Source: Octopus vulgaris (taxonomy: Eukaryota). From it: a stretch of 64,000 bases of DNA. The notes below the pieces were generated by a model. The model saw only the letters and a list, made by a program, of their open reading frames with translations. It had not been told where the DNA came from and made no database searches. This document shows, one piece after another, positions 39,032-51,559 of this stretch. The stretch is taken from the NCBI GenBank assembly GCA_951406725.2, contig OX597820.1, forward strand, positions 66,960,001 to 67,024,000, in the 5' to 3' direction. Every line of letters starts with the position of its first letter. Position 1 is the stretch's first letter. A program made the position numbers and the translations under genes.

Positions 39032-39522
39032 AGAAAAGGTCACAGAAAACGATAAAGCAACCATGCTCTGGGATATGCCAATATACACAGATAGAGAAAT
39101 TAAGGCCAACAGGCCAGATATAGCTGTCAGAGATCATGAAGAAAAAAATGCTTTCTAATTGATGTATCAATACCAGCAGATGACAACGTTTCTCTAAAAG
39201 AAATGGAGAAACTTTCAAAATACAAAGACCTAGAAATAGAGGTAACTCAAATGTAGAATCTAAAAACAGAAACAATTCTTATCATAGGAGGCGCATTAGG
39301 CATGATAATAAAATATTTAGACAAATACATAACAAAAACACCAGGACTTACAAACACATAACATACAGAAAATTGCACTACTAGGCACTGTAGACATCCT
39401 ACGCAAAACACTTTCAATACAGTAGCCATCAGAGCATCACAACAAATCACAGCACATACCCAAGGCACACAGAGCTGCGCTCGGTAGTGAAGTGAAAGCA
39501 CGCAATAAAAATAAAACTACTG
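39032..39522 (+). mobile_element. 5'-truncated copy of the R4/Dong-type LINE
   Basis: Aligns with 43848-44340. Preceded by (TAA)n then (GAA)n. Confidence 0.92.
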
Positions 39523-40187
39523 AATATAATAATTATTGTTGTTGTTGTTGTTGCTGCTGCTGTTGCTGTTGTTGTTTAAGGCATTGAGCTGATAGAATCG
39601 TCAGCATACTGGACGAAATGCTTGGCGGTATCTCATCAAAGTTCAAATTCCACCGAGGTCATATTTGCCTTTTATCATATCGGAGTCGATAAATTAAGTA
39701 CCAGTGAAACACTGGGGTCGATGTAATCGACTCATCCCCTCCTTCAAAATGGCTGTCGTTGTGGCAAAATTTGAAACCATTATTATTATTGTTATTGTTG
39801 TTGTTATTATTATTATTATTATTATTGTTGTTGTTGTTGTTGTTGTTCTTGTTCTTGTTCTTCTTCTTCTTCTTCTTCTTCTTCTTATTGTTGTTCTTGT
39901 TGTTGTTCTTGTTGTTATTATTTAAAGCGGCGAGCTGGTAGAATCGTTAGCGTGCCGGAGAAAATGCTTAGTGGCATTTCATCTGTCTTCGCAGTCTGAG
40001 TTCAAATTCCGCCGAGGTCGACTTTACCTTTCATCCTTTCAGAGTAGATAAAATAAGTACTAACTGAGTAGTGGGCTCTAGATGTTTCTTCAGGTTGGTT
40101 GGTATTGAACCCCAAACTCTGATGACATCAACCCCAGTATTCAATTGGTTCTTAATAATAATAATAATAATAATAATACTAATAGTA

Positions 40188-40260
<73 letters not shown>

Positions 40261-40262
<2 letters not shown>

Positions 40263-43200
40263 CCGGGGACGTTTAAGATGTAAGAACGATAAAACAGTGC
40301 TCCGAAATCTATCCACAAACATCGAAAACACAGACATCGTATGGAGCCAAAAATTTACTAACAAAGGACTGGACTATATCCGAGTAAGTAATACTCATTG
40401 AAATTTATTACTATTTTCGAAACGAAATTATGTATTTTAACTCGATATCATCTCCACTTCTAACACAACACATGTAAACATGCGTGGTACATTACGATCC
40501 ATCAATACCAGATCATCCCCGACCCCAAATACCATGTACAAAAAAACTACGAAGAAATTAAATAACACCGATATTATTCAACCCAAGAATAACAATCGGG
40601 AAGTACGTACTTTAAACTTACAACACAAAATGTACGAAAAACTACACGTGCAAAACAATGTGACAACAGAAATGAACGGACTGGTACCCTACGAAAATGA
40701 CGACCGTCAAAATAATGGGCCGGACCTTGTTCCTCATGTACCGCAAATAAAACCCAAAAGACATAAATGGACACGTGAGGAATACATTTCTATCCTACAC
40801 GCTTACTTCACAGCAGTGCTCTACCCAAAAAATGAAAACAAAACAACACATACATATAAAATATGGAAGGAAAATAACATAAATATAGACTTGGATACAG
40901 CAATGAACCCTAATAAACTAGCAAACGTACGAAGATACATTCTCAACGCAAAAAAAAATTAGAAATAGAAATAGAACATCTAAAAGAAAAAATAGATCAG
41001 GAAAATGTAGATAAAAGCCACACAACAATACCCAATAATATAAACTCTGAAACAGTAAAACACGAAAACAAACGTAACATTCCCAACAAACACGATGTAA
41101 ACAAAAAACAACAAACCCAGACCGTAAAGATGCATAATAATACACGACAAACAGCAAGCCAAAACACGACAAACAAACATACGAACGTGAAAAAAAGTGA
41201 CACAAAATGAAAAACCTGGAAACAACGAAGGGGAGCCTAATGATTATAAATACTACTATAAAAAGTAGAATAATCAAAGAACTGAAAAACACAGATCTCA
41301 AGATGGACCACCGACCATACCTCCAAAAAAATCAAAATAGACGAAACAACAACATCAATTATAAACAGCATAAACCTAGCCGTCACGGAACTAATAGCCA
41401 CTGAAACAAAAAGCGATATCACTGAGCTAAATTACTTAGTATACGCAGCAGCCACTGCAGCCACAAAAGAAGCTGGATACTCACTCAAACCCATCCAAAC
41501 AGGAGTACCACCACCCAAACAAACCATATGGATAAATAACATCCAAAACAAAATACAAAAAATGAGAAAAGATCTGTCGATTCTTAATGAAATCAGTAGA
41601 CAATCAACGCTACTGAGCAACAAAAAGAAAACAAAAATACTCCGCAAATACAACATCACAGAAGAAGATTTACCTGAGATAAAAGAAAAACTAAAGCAAG
41701 ATATCCTTGCCAAAGCACAAAGAATCCGCCGGTACGAGAAACGCCAGCGCCTCTTTGAACAAAACAAAAAGTTCAACTCCAACCCCAAAAAGTTCTAACA
41801 AGAACTTGGCAAAAATAAAATAGAAATCACTGCAGCACCAACGGCAGAAGAAGTGGAAGAATTCTGGAGAGAAATATGGTCGGCGAACGAACAACCAAAA
41901 AAAAAAGTATTAAAACAACAAACTCAGCATCTGAGCAACTTTGGACCCCCATAACAACTGAAGAGGTCACCCAAGCACTGTAAAGACTAAGCAACTGGAA
42001 GGCACCTGGGCATGACAAGATCCCCAACTTCTGGTTGAAATATCTAACAGGAATGCACAAAAAGCTGGCTGAAAACTTTAACAACATACTAGCAGAGCCA
42101 GAGACAATGCCAGAATGGCTCACGAAGGGGAAAACCATCTTAATTCCTAAATCAAATGAAACAGCAAAACTAGAAAACTACAGACCAATAACCTGTCTCC
42201 CTAAAATGTACAAGGCATGTACTGCAGTGATATTGCAAAGGTTGAACAAGCACCTGGACGAAAACAACCTGTTTCCAGAAGAGCAGAAAGGATGCCGCAA
42301 AGGCTTATATGGCTATAAAGATCAACTAATGATTAATAAAGCCATAACTGAAGACAGCCACAGAAAGAAGAAAGGCCTCAGTATGGCCTGGATCGACTAC
42401 AAAAAGGCGTTTGATAGCATCCTTCACACATGGATCCTCGAAACACTAGCCATTAACAAAGTAGCACCAACAATAGGACACTCTATGAATAAATGGCAAA
42501 CAGTCCTACACCTCCAAACAAAAGAGGGACTCTTGAAAACCAAAGCCATCCCCATTAGAAGAGGAATATTCCAGGGAGACACGCTCTCTCCACTCATTTT
42601 CTGCTTGGCACTGTCACCTCTATCTGATATGCTAAATAGAACTGGATGCGGATATAAATGTTACGGCAAAACGATCAGCCACCTTTTATATATGGATGAC
42701 CTAAAACTATACGCTGCAAATGACAAACAGCTGGAAACACTATTGAAGACAGTTCATGGATTTACCAAAGAAATAGATATGAAATTTGGATTAGAAAAAT
42801 ACGCCAAAGTAACCATGAAAAGAGGAAAACTAGTTAAGAGTAGCAACATCACACTAGATAAAACCAATGAAATAAAAAAATTAGACCAAAGCCAAACTTA
42901 CAAATACTTAGGAATCCATGAACTAGATAAGACACAACACACACAAATGAAAGAGAAAATAAAAAAAGAATATTATAGACGAGTTAGATCAATACTAAAA
43001 ACAGAGCTCAATGCTAAAAACAAGATAATAGGTATCAACACTTTAGCTGTCCCAGTTATAAGTTACAGCTACAATATCCTTAACTAGACACTAAATGAAC
43101 TGACCAAAATAGATAGGAAAACAAGAAAAATAATGACAGGGTCTAGGATGCATCACCCAAAATCTGACATAGAAAGACTATATATACAACGTATAGAAGG

Positions 43201-44337
43201 TTGTAGAGGCCTTATACAGCTGGAAAACTACTATAAAATAACCACCATAGGACTGCAAAAATATCTACTTCAGAAGGAAGGAAAACTGATACAAATAGCG
43301 GCAAAACACGAGCAAAACAAAAAACTGTTCTCAGTATTTAAGGAAGCTGACAAATACAAACAAGAAATCATACCATCTAACAAATATGAAGAAGAAGAAG
43401 ATGAAGAAACAACAAAAGCTATAAAACAAATGAAATCCAAACTAAAACTAGAACAACAAAGAACCATGATAAAACGGTGGCAAGAAAAGCCCCTTCATGG
43501 TAAATACTGGACTAAACTAAATGCAAAAGAAATAGACAAAGAAAAATTCCAGCAATGGTTGAGAAGCCCAGGACTCAAAGCAGAGACAGAGGGATTTTTA
43601 ATTGCAGCACAAGACCAAAGCCTCCCCACCAGAAATTACCAAAACATGTAATGAAAAGAAATATAACAAGTAACTGCAGAATATGTGGAGATGGACAAGA
43701 AACAATAAATCATATTATCTCTGGCTGCCCAGTCCTGGCTAAGAAGGAATATATTCACAGACATGACAGAGTTGGAACTTACATACACTGGAAGCTATGC
43801 CAACATTATGGAATAACAACAGAAAAAAGATGGTATAGGCACACACCAGAAAAGGTCACAGAAAACGAGAAAGCAACCATACTCTGGGATATGCCGATAC
43901 ACACAGATAGAGAAATTAAGGCCAACAGACCAGATATAGTTGTCAGAGATCATGAAGAAAAAAATGCTTTCGAATTGATGTATCAATACCGGCAGATGAC
44001 AACGTGTCTCTAAAAGAAATGGAGAAACTTTCAAAATACAAAGATCTGGAAATAGAGGTAACCAGAATGTGGAATCTAAAAACAGAAACAATCCCTATCA
44101 TAGTAGGTGCATTAGGCATGATAAAAAAATATTCAGACAAATATATAACAAAAATACCAGGACTTACAAACACATATAACATACAGAAAATTGCACAACT
44201 AGGCACTGCACACATCCTACGCAGAACACTTTCCATACAATAACCATCAGAGCATCACAACAAATCACAGTACATACCCAAGGCACACAGAGCTGCGCTC
44301 GGTAGTGAAGTGAAAGCACGCTATAAAAATAAAACTA

Positions 44338-44340
<3 letters not shown>
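40261..44340 (+). mobile_element. Apparently full-length R4/Dong-type non-LTR retrotransposon (RT, CCHC knuckle, restriction-like endonuclease), inactivated
   Basis: Single ORF broken by stops and A-run frameshifts (40480-44243): KWTREE N-terminus, NYRPITCL, WIDYKKAFDSI, RGIFQGD (42572-42580), LLYMDDLK (YMDD 42689-42700), YKYLG, CRIC...ETINHIISGC, RPDIVV...KLSKY. (TAA)n on both sides (40153-40260, 44341-44415). Confidence 0.95.
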
Positions 44341-44415
<75 letters not shown>

Positions 44416-45258
44416 TCCTACTATAGCCATAGAGCCTGATATTTGTGGGGAGGGTACGGTACTTGATAATAGTAATAATTGTTTCAAATTCTGACACAAG
44501 CCAGCATTCTCAAGGGAGTTGATCCAGCCGAGCCCAATTTTGCCTTTCATCTGTTCGGGGTCAATTGGTTCTTGAGGTTCGGCAAAAGTGATCGATAGAA
44601 TAAGTACTAAGATTTTTTTAAAAGTCCTGACGTCGATTTGTTCGACAACCTTACCATCCCGCCAGGCGGTGCCCCAGTATGGCCGCAGTCAAATGACTGA
44701 AATAAGTAAAGGTAAAAGATAAAAGTTATTTTATCGCGACCCCCACCCCTAGAATGGTTGTCTCATTGGACTCAAAGCTCAACACTTGTCTTAACGCTTG
44801 CTGCTCAACGTAGAAGTGCAAGAAGGGTAGGGCGAGGAGTGGGGTCAGTTACTCCTGAGAGCGTGTGTGAAGATGCACAAAATTGCTTCCGGTCTATAAA
44901 GCTTATTAATTAATAATTACGCCATGCTCTAAAGATGACGCACGTTAGAAATATATAGCACAGTGCTAGGTTATGCGCAAGCATAATTTTGGCTCATTTT
45001 CAAATGTCTCCTTTGAAGTACTTTTAAATACTCATCGTGGAATATCTTTGAATACATACGTCTGAAGAAGATTTTCCAATAATTTCTTCTACAATTATTA
45101 ATCTTGAGCGAGGCTGTTTAATTTTATGCATGATTTTAAAACACACGATAATGCTTTAGTTCGTAATTTTAGCCAATTTGGGGCAGATTGCTAATGCATG
45201 AATAAAATATTTATGACTACATTACAAATTATCAAATCTACAAAAGTTAAAGAAAGAG

Positions 45259-46588
45259 ATTGTGAAGTATACCTACGATTATGAAGAACACCTACGATTG
45301 CCAAGAACACCTACGATTGTCAAGAACACATATGATTGTGAAGAACACCTACGATTGTGAAGAACACCTACGATTGTGAAGAACACCTACGATTGTGAAG
45401 AACACCTACGATTGTCAAGAATACCTATGATTGTGAAGAACATCTACGATTGTCAATAACACCTAAGATTGTCAAGAACATCTACGATTGTCAAGAACAC
45501 CTACGATTGTCAAGAACATCTACGATTGTCAAGAACATCTACGATTGTCAAGAACACCTACAATTGTTAAGAACAACTATGATTGTCAAGTACACCTATG
45601 ATTGTGAAGAACACCTACGATTGTCAAGAACATCTACGATTGTCAAGAACACCTACGATTGTCAAGAACATCTACGATTGTCAAGAACATCTACGATTGT
45701 CAAGAGCATCTACGATTGTCAAGAACACCTACGATTGTCAAGAACATCTACGATTGTCAAAAGCATCTATGATTGTTAAAAAAACACCCACGATAGTCAA
45801 GAACACCTATGATTGTGAAGAACACCTACGATTGTCAAGAACATCTACGATTGTCAAGAACACCTATGATTGTCAAGAACATCTACGATTGTCAAGAACA
45901 CCTATGATTGTGAAGAACACCTACGATTGTCAAGAACATCTACGATTGTCAATAACACCTACGATTGTCAAGAACACCTATGATTGTTAAGAACATCTAC
46001 GATTGTCAAGAACACCTACGATTGTCAAGAACATCTACGATTGTCAAGAACACCTACGATTGTCAAGAACATCTACGATTGTCAAGAACACCTATGATTG
46101 TCAAGAACATCTACGATTGTCAAGAACATCTACGATTGTCAAGAACACCTACGATTGTCAAGAACATCTACGATTGTCAAGAACATCTACGATTGTCAAG
46201 AACATCTATGATTGTTAAAAAAACACCCACGATAGTCAAGAACACCTACGATTGTCAAGAACATCTACGATTGTCAAGAACATCTACGATTGTCAAGAAC
46301 ATCTACGATTGTCAAGAACATCTACGATTGTCAAGAACATCTACGATTGTCAAGAACACCTACGATTGTCAAGAACATCTACGATTGTCAAGAACATCTA
46401 CGATTGTCAAGAACATCTATGATTGTTAAAAAAACACCCACGATAGTCAAGAACACCTATGATTGTGAAGAACACCTACGATTGTCAAGAACATCTACGA
46501 TTGTCAAGAACACCTATGATTGTGAAGAACACCCACGATTGTCAAGAACACCCACGATTGTCAAGAACGCCTACGATAGTCGAGAACA
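45259..46588. repeat. 19-bp minisatellite, ~70 copies, consensus GATTGTCAAGAACA(C/T)CTAC
   Basis: Direct reading. No spacers between units. Confidence 0.97.
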
Positions 46589-46619
46589 AACATATACATA
46601 TACATATACATATACACAC

Positions 46620-47150
46620 AAAAGGGGTACTGAAAAGTTCCTGGTTTAAGGGTATTGCGAAAGGCCTGGCTGGAAGCCCAGTCTTACAGGGCTTAGAAAA
46701 ACTGAAGGACTGCTGCCTTAGTGTTACCCGAAGTCTGGAATTTTTCAGCACCACATCGTATCTACATCATGAAATAAGAAAGCAAACTTAAATAATCCCA
46801 TGGCTTCACATGTGCGAAGCTATTGTTTGTTAGCAATTCGTAGAATCATATAATATGGTGTTTTGCTTGATTCCACAACTAATTTGGTTCATCGTGAACA
46901 ACTGGTCTACGAGATTCGGTTTGTTGACATTATCTTTGAGACAAAAGAAAAAGTCAAAAGACTGTGTGTTGAGAAGACAATTCACAGAAAATTAAAAGCG
47001 AATAGAATTATATTGATTATTGTGCACAATGTCAAGTTCATACTTGTGTCAGGTATTCAACAAAGAAATCCAGACTCCTATACGAAAGCAGTCTTGATAA
47101 ACTGTGGCAACTAAAATCAGAAAAGATTATTTTATACTTTGAGTAATTGA
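46620..47150 (+). mobile_element. Mariner-like relic
   Basis: TIR-like aggggtactgaaaagttcctgg plus a decayed TG.E....ETKEKS segment. Confidence 0.45.
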
Positions 47151-47162
47151 AACCATTACGCT

Positions 47163-47207
<45 letters not shown>

Positions 47208-47212
47208 TTTTC

Positions 47213-47570
47213 TACCACTTGGTTCCCGATTCAGTTCTACTGCGTGGCACCTTAGGCAAATATCTTCTACTATAGCCCGCAGCTGACCAAAGGTTTGTGA
47301 GTGGATTTAGCAGAAGGAAACTGAAAGAATCCCGTCGTAAATATGCAAATATATATATATACATGCCCATATACATTTGTGTGTGTGTATACCATATCAC
47401 CGATCGACAATGAGTGTTGGTTTGTTTACGTTCCCGCAACCTGGCGGTTCGGTAAATACAGATTGATGTTCATTAAGAATCATGCTGAGAAAAAAATGTC
47501 CTGGGTCAATTTGTTCGCCTAAATCCTTCAAGGCAGTGTCTCATCATGACCACAGACTAATGACTGAACG
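47213..47570 (+). mobile_element. SINE family B
   Basis: Family B body and tail, head truncated. Confidence 0.8.
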
Positions 47571-47670
47571 ATGTAGTGTTCACGGTCGAGAAAAAGTACT
47601 CAATACCACACAGGAGATGTGCAGGATGCACAGGGTCTTCAGGTGAAATCCCTATCCACCCACTTATGAA

Positions 47671-47751
<81 letters not shown>

Positions 47752-47757
47752 CCTACG

Positions 47758-47808
<51 letters not shown>

Positions 47809-47813
<5 letters not shown>

Positions 47814-48014
47814 TAATCCAAACAAGAAAGCACAAAAAAACACAACAACGCGAGGACGTGGAACAAATATAGTATTATTGGACGCTCAAGAAAGAAGGAA
47901 AGAAGGAGGGTTTAACGTTTCGAGCGGAGCTCTTCGTCGGAAACATAGGAGAAGGAAAGATCCAGAGAAGGGAAGACAGAGGGAAAAAAATCGCCAACGG
48001 TACACACGAGGTCA
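47809..48014 (-). mobile_element. Short Penelope-derived terminus between (TA)n tracts, with hammerhead-like motif at 47910-47944
   Basis: GTTT-CCGACGA-A-GAGCtccGCTC-GAAACGTT-AAAC on the minus strand. Confidence 0.7.
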
Positions 48015-48123
48015 TATATATACAAAATTTTTAGTAGAAGATAAAAACTTCGGTTGTCCGTAATTTACATCCAAATAAACGAAATCATTCAAGGTAGAAT
48101 GCAAAACAGTATTAATTGTACAT

Positions 48124-48356
48124 AAGGCTGTGAGCTGGCAGAATCGTTAGCGCGCCGGGCGAAATGCTTAGCGGTATTTCGTCTGCCGCTACGTTCTGAG
48201 TTCAAATTCCGCCGAGGTCGACTTTGCCTTTCATCCTTTCGGGGTCGATTAAATAAGTACCAGTTACGCACTGGGGTCGATATAATCGACTTAATCCGTT
48301 TGTCTGTCCTTGTTTGTCCTCTCTGTGTTTAGCCCCTTGTGGGTAGTAAAGAAATA
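48124..48356 (+). mobile_element. Young SINE family A with ~16-bp TSD
   Basis: agtattaattg(t/c)acat at 48108-48123 and 48357-48372. Confidence 0.92.
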
Positions 48357-48389
48357 AGTATTAATTGCACATGAAATTGGATGAGTGGC

Positions 48390-49010
48390 TCGTACTGATA
48401 CAGAAATAAAATGTGAATTGCAACGCGGTTGAAACCAAACGTGCTGTTCGTATTCTCATAATATTCTGCAGCGCATGCTTACATTTAATTTTCTTGTACT
48501 TTTATATATTGTTGGAGAATTTTCTTTATTTTCTATCAGTCGAGTGCAGAAACATCTTGAAGACCCGAAAATGAATTTTAGAGAGAAGCAGCTGCCGATC
48601 TCGATTCTTTGAAAGATAAATTGATAGAATTAAATGAAAACTGCTGTCAAGAAGCATTTAAAGTGAGCAAGAATTAATGTGAAACACGAGGGTTGGTCAT
48701 TAAAAGACAAAAAATGTGCCGTAAACGAACGAATGGAGAAAATACATCTGATGCTAGATTGACTGTCAAACAGAATTTTTTTCTTTCGTTTTATCATAAA
48801 GGATGTTATTGATCACCTGATTATAGCAATAACCGGAAGATTTCCTCACGAGATTTAGATACACGGTTCAGGTTTTTTACTAGTTTTTTCAAAATATTGT
48901 TCCTGGAGGTTTGAGAATCGAAAAGCTGAATGAAAACGATATTCTGAGTTTGCAAATTACGCTAACCTAGATAATAATGATTGAGAGACGCGAATCGCAC
49001 AGACGAATTA
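48390..49010 (+). pseudogene. Decayed hAT transposase relic
   Basis: FNFLVLL...ISRVQKHLEDPKMNFRE.AADLDSLKDKL...RKRTNGENTSDARL...DVIDHLIIAITGRF. Confidence 0.55.
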
Positions 49011-49024
49011 TACATTGCAAAATA

Positions 49025-49458
49025 TTGGTCTCAAATTTTGACACAAGGCCAGCAATTTCGGGGTGAGTTAAATCGATAACATCGATCTCCAGTGCGTAAC
49101 TGGTACTTATATCATCGACCCCCAGTGCTTCGGACAACCGAAGTTTTTATCTTCTACTAAAAATTTTGTATATATATGACCTCGTGTGTACCGTTGGCGA
49201 TTTTTTTCCCTTTGTCTTCCTTTCTCTGGATCTTTCCTTCTCCTATGTTTCCGACGAAGAGCTCCGCTCGAAACGTGAAACCCTCATTCTTTCCTTCTTT
49301 CTTGAGCGTCCAATAATACTGGTACTTATAATCATCGACCCCGAAGGGATGAAAGTCAGAGATGACCCCGGCGGAATTTGAACTCAGAACGTAAAGACGG
49401 ACGAAACATCGCTAAACATTTTGCCCGGGGCGGTAACGATTCTACCAGCTCGCCGCCT
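49025..49458 (-). mobile_element. SINE A-prime interrupted by a 190-bp inverted copy of 47871-48060
   Basis: actggtacttat(a)atcatcgacccc is duplicated either side of the insert at 49131-49320. Confidence 0.85.
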
Positions 49459-49464
49459 TAACAG

Positions 49465-49716
49465 TTACCCGTTTCTGTGACATGTATAAGTGACCGAGAT
49501 CACAACATACCCCACCACCACCGCCACCACCACGACCACCGCCGCCGCCGTCCTGGACGGGACGCCAGTCCAACGCAGAGTTAACTCATTTACAGCTGAG
49601 AGGATAGGAGCGACGTGAAACGAAATGCCTCGCTCAAGAACACAACACAACTCACCGCACTCGCAGTCCGAGAATCGAAATCACGACCTTGCGAACGTGA
49701 ACGCAACACCCCAGCC
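49465..49716 (-). mobile_element. SINE with family C central domain and family D 3' block
   Basis: 49588-49649 resembles 53804-53867. 49552-49571 matches 54288-54307 with one difference. Confidence 0.7.
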
Positions 49717-50599
49717 ATAACACTCCAAACACCTTCATTTCAAGTTGACCTTGCTACTTGCAAAATATCAGAAATTAATCTTTACATACCTTGACAACCT
49801 CAATGACGCAAGGAAGACTTAATGACTTGGTATTAAATAAACCATCGAAAGAAACGTTCATTCATGTTTTCTATGTTGATTGTTTAACTGGTTCATATTT
49901 ATAGTGTAACCGTTAATACCAGAAAGCTATCTATACAAGATCTAGTTAAATATATCTACAGTTTTGCAAACTAATAAAATTTGTTATGTGTGTCAATTTA
50001 TGTAGTATTTTGTCATTATGTTCCATAAACCATTTACTCCACAAGTGACTGATTTTTCAAATAAAACATGAGTTTCTAAACTAGAATATCAGAGAAATCA
50101 GAAATTTATTCTGCATATTTACAAGCGACTACTTTAGCTGTATCACTTTGAACTATACAAAATGATAGACTCACACACATACACACACATGCAAACACAC
50201 ACATACGAATATATTTATATTTAGTGTAGTGTTCGCTTGTCAATTGAATCAGCAAACGGTAGTCAATTCAGCAGAAGATAAATATCATTTAATGAATAGA
50301 GGAGTAATCGGACGGGCTAATAAAGCTTACCGTGTACAATCTAGCAATCATTCAGACTCAGACAACGTAGCTACTCCGTGAGAAAATACGAGAAAACGAG
50401 AGAAAAAAACCACGTTATGTCACGTTCTGAGGGGAAGGGCGATATTTCATTTATACAGATTTTAATCCGTTAGAAGAAAAAATACTGTTCTTGTTGATTG
50501 TTAAATGCATTTTAATTAGGTTTTGTCATCTAAAAAAATCTCTTGTGTGGTAGTCAAATGGGGGAAGGCTAAAGTGCATTAAAATGTTATCTAATTCGG

Positions 50600-51330
50600 T
50601 GAGGTGTAGATCGTCTTCTACTTCGATAAGAAAAACTTGTCGAGATGACTACCTTTTGTAAAGATCTCAGATCTCGTGTTTAGAAGGTCAGTACAGTTCT
50701 TCGATCTAATAAGGATGTGTTTTCTTTCAACTATATAGGGTCTACTCTCTTTTGACCTGTTGATGTTGGGTCTAAATCGAGATGCTTCACTTAATGCAGT
50801 GTGTTGTGTATACAGCTGTTCTTCAAGTACCAGGTATGTCCTGTCAGATTTGTACATTTCCTTTTGTCGACGTGTATCGACGTGTATTTTTCCTTGAAGT
50901 CACTTTTGCATGGTCTACTATATCTTTTTTTCCTTATTCGGCAGAAAGGAGATGACCTCCAGCTTTGTAAACGACTGAAGAATGAACTAACCATGCATAC
51001 CTGGTCTAGTTGACAAGTATCTAGGTTCGCGCAGTTGCAGTCTGAATGGTTATTTTTGTTAAGTAAAAGAATGCTTTTTATAATAGGCCACAATCGTTGG
51101 AAACTTTCAAGGAATGTCTATTAGAGATTTTCTTACGTCTATGGTTACGAGGAAATGATTATTTATCAGGGCTAGGCGTTCTCTTCGTTTGTTTGTTTGT
51201 TTTTTTCTACATTAGTTCTAAAATTCAAGAAACAAGAGGTGCAGGAAAAACCATGTAATTCTCCGAGGTCTACTTTTAGGAATGGCTTTTATTTGATCCG
51301 GATTGTATGATATCTTCCCTTTGAAGCTAC
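50600..51330 (-). mobile_element. Penelope-like relic with CxC...C...C type GIY-YIG domain
   Basis: CNCANLDTCQLDQVC...VYKA...FKEKY...TNLTGHTWYLK...LLNTRSEIFTKGSHLDKFFL, frameshifted. Confidence 0.7.
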
Positions 51331-51559
51331 TGTCGGCCAAGATGCTATTATTGTAGGGAGCTGCCGTATTTAAACCTTCATTAGAGGAAGAAAGGAAATC
51401 TTATTACTCACGTTAGCTATAAGCTTTTAGAAAGCGATAGGGGTGACAGGACCTTCTACGTAAAGTTTTATTTGGTTTATTGTAGAACTTGTAAGTGCTT
51501 AAGTCTACGTCCAGTGAAGCCTGGACAGCAAGAAATATTCGTTCTGGTAATAGAAATGA

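Noticed and set aside
42035-43087. Active or domesticated reverse transcriptase gene
   Set aside because: It is a fragment of a LINE ORF bounded by in-frame stops and frameshifts.
45259-46588. CRISPR-like array or repeat-protein gene
   Set aside because: Units are contiguous with no unique spacers, there are no cas genes and the context is eukaryotic. The ORFs arise from the 19-bp period and are broken by variant units.
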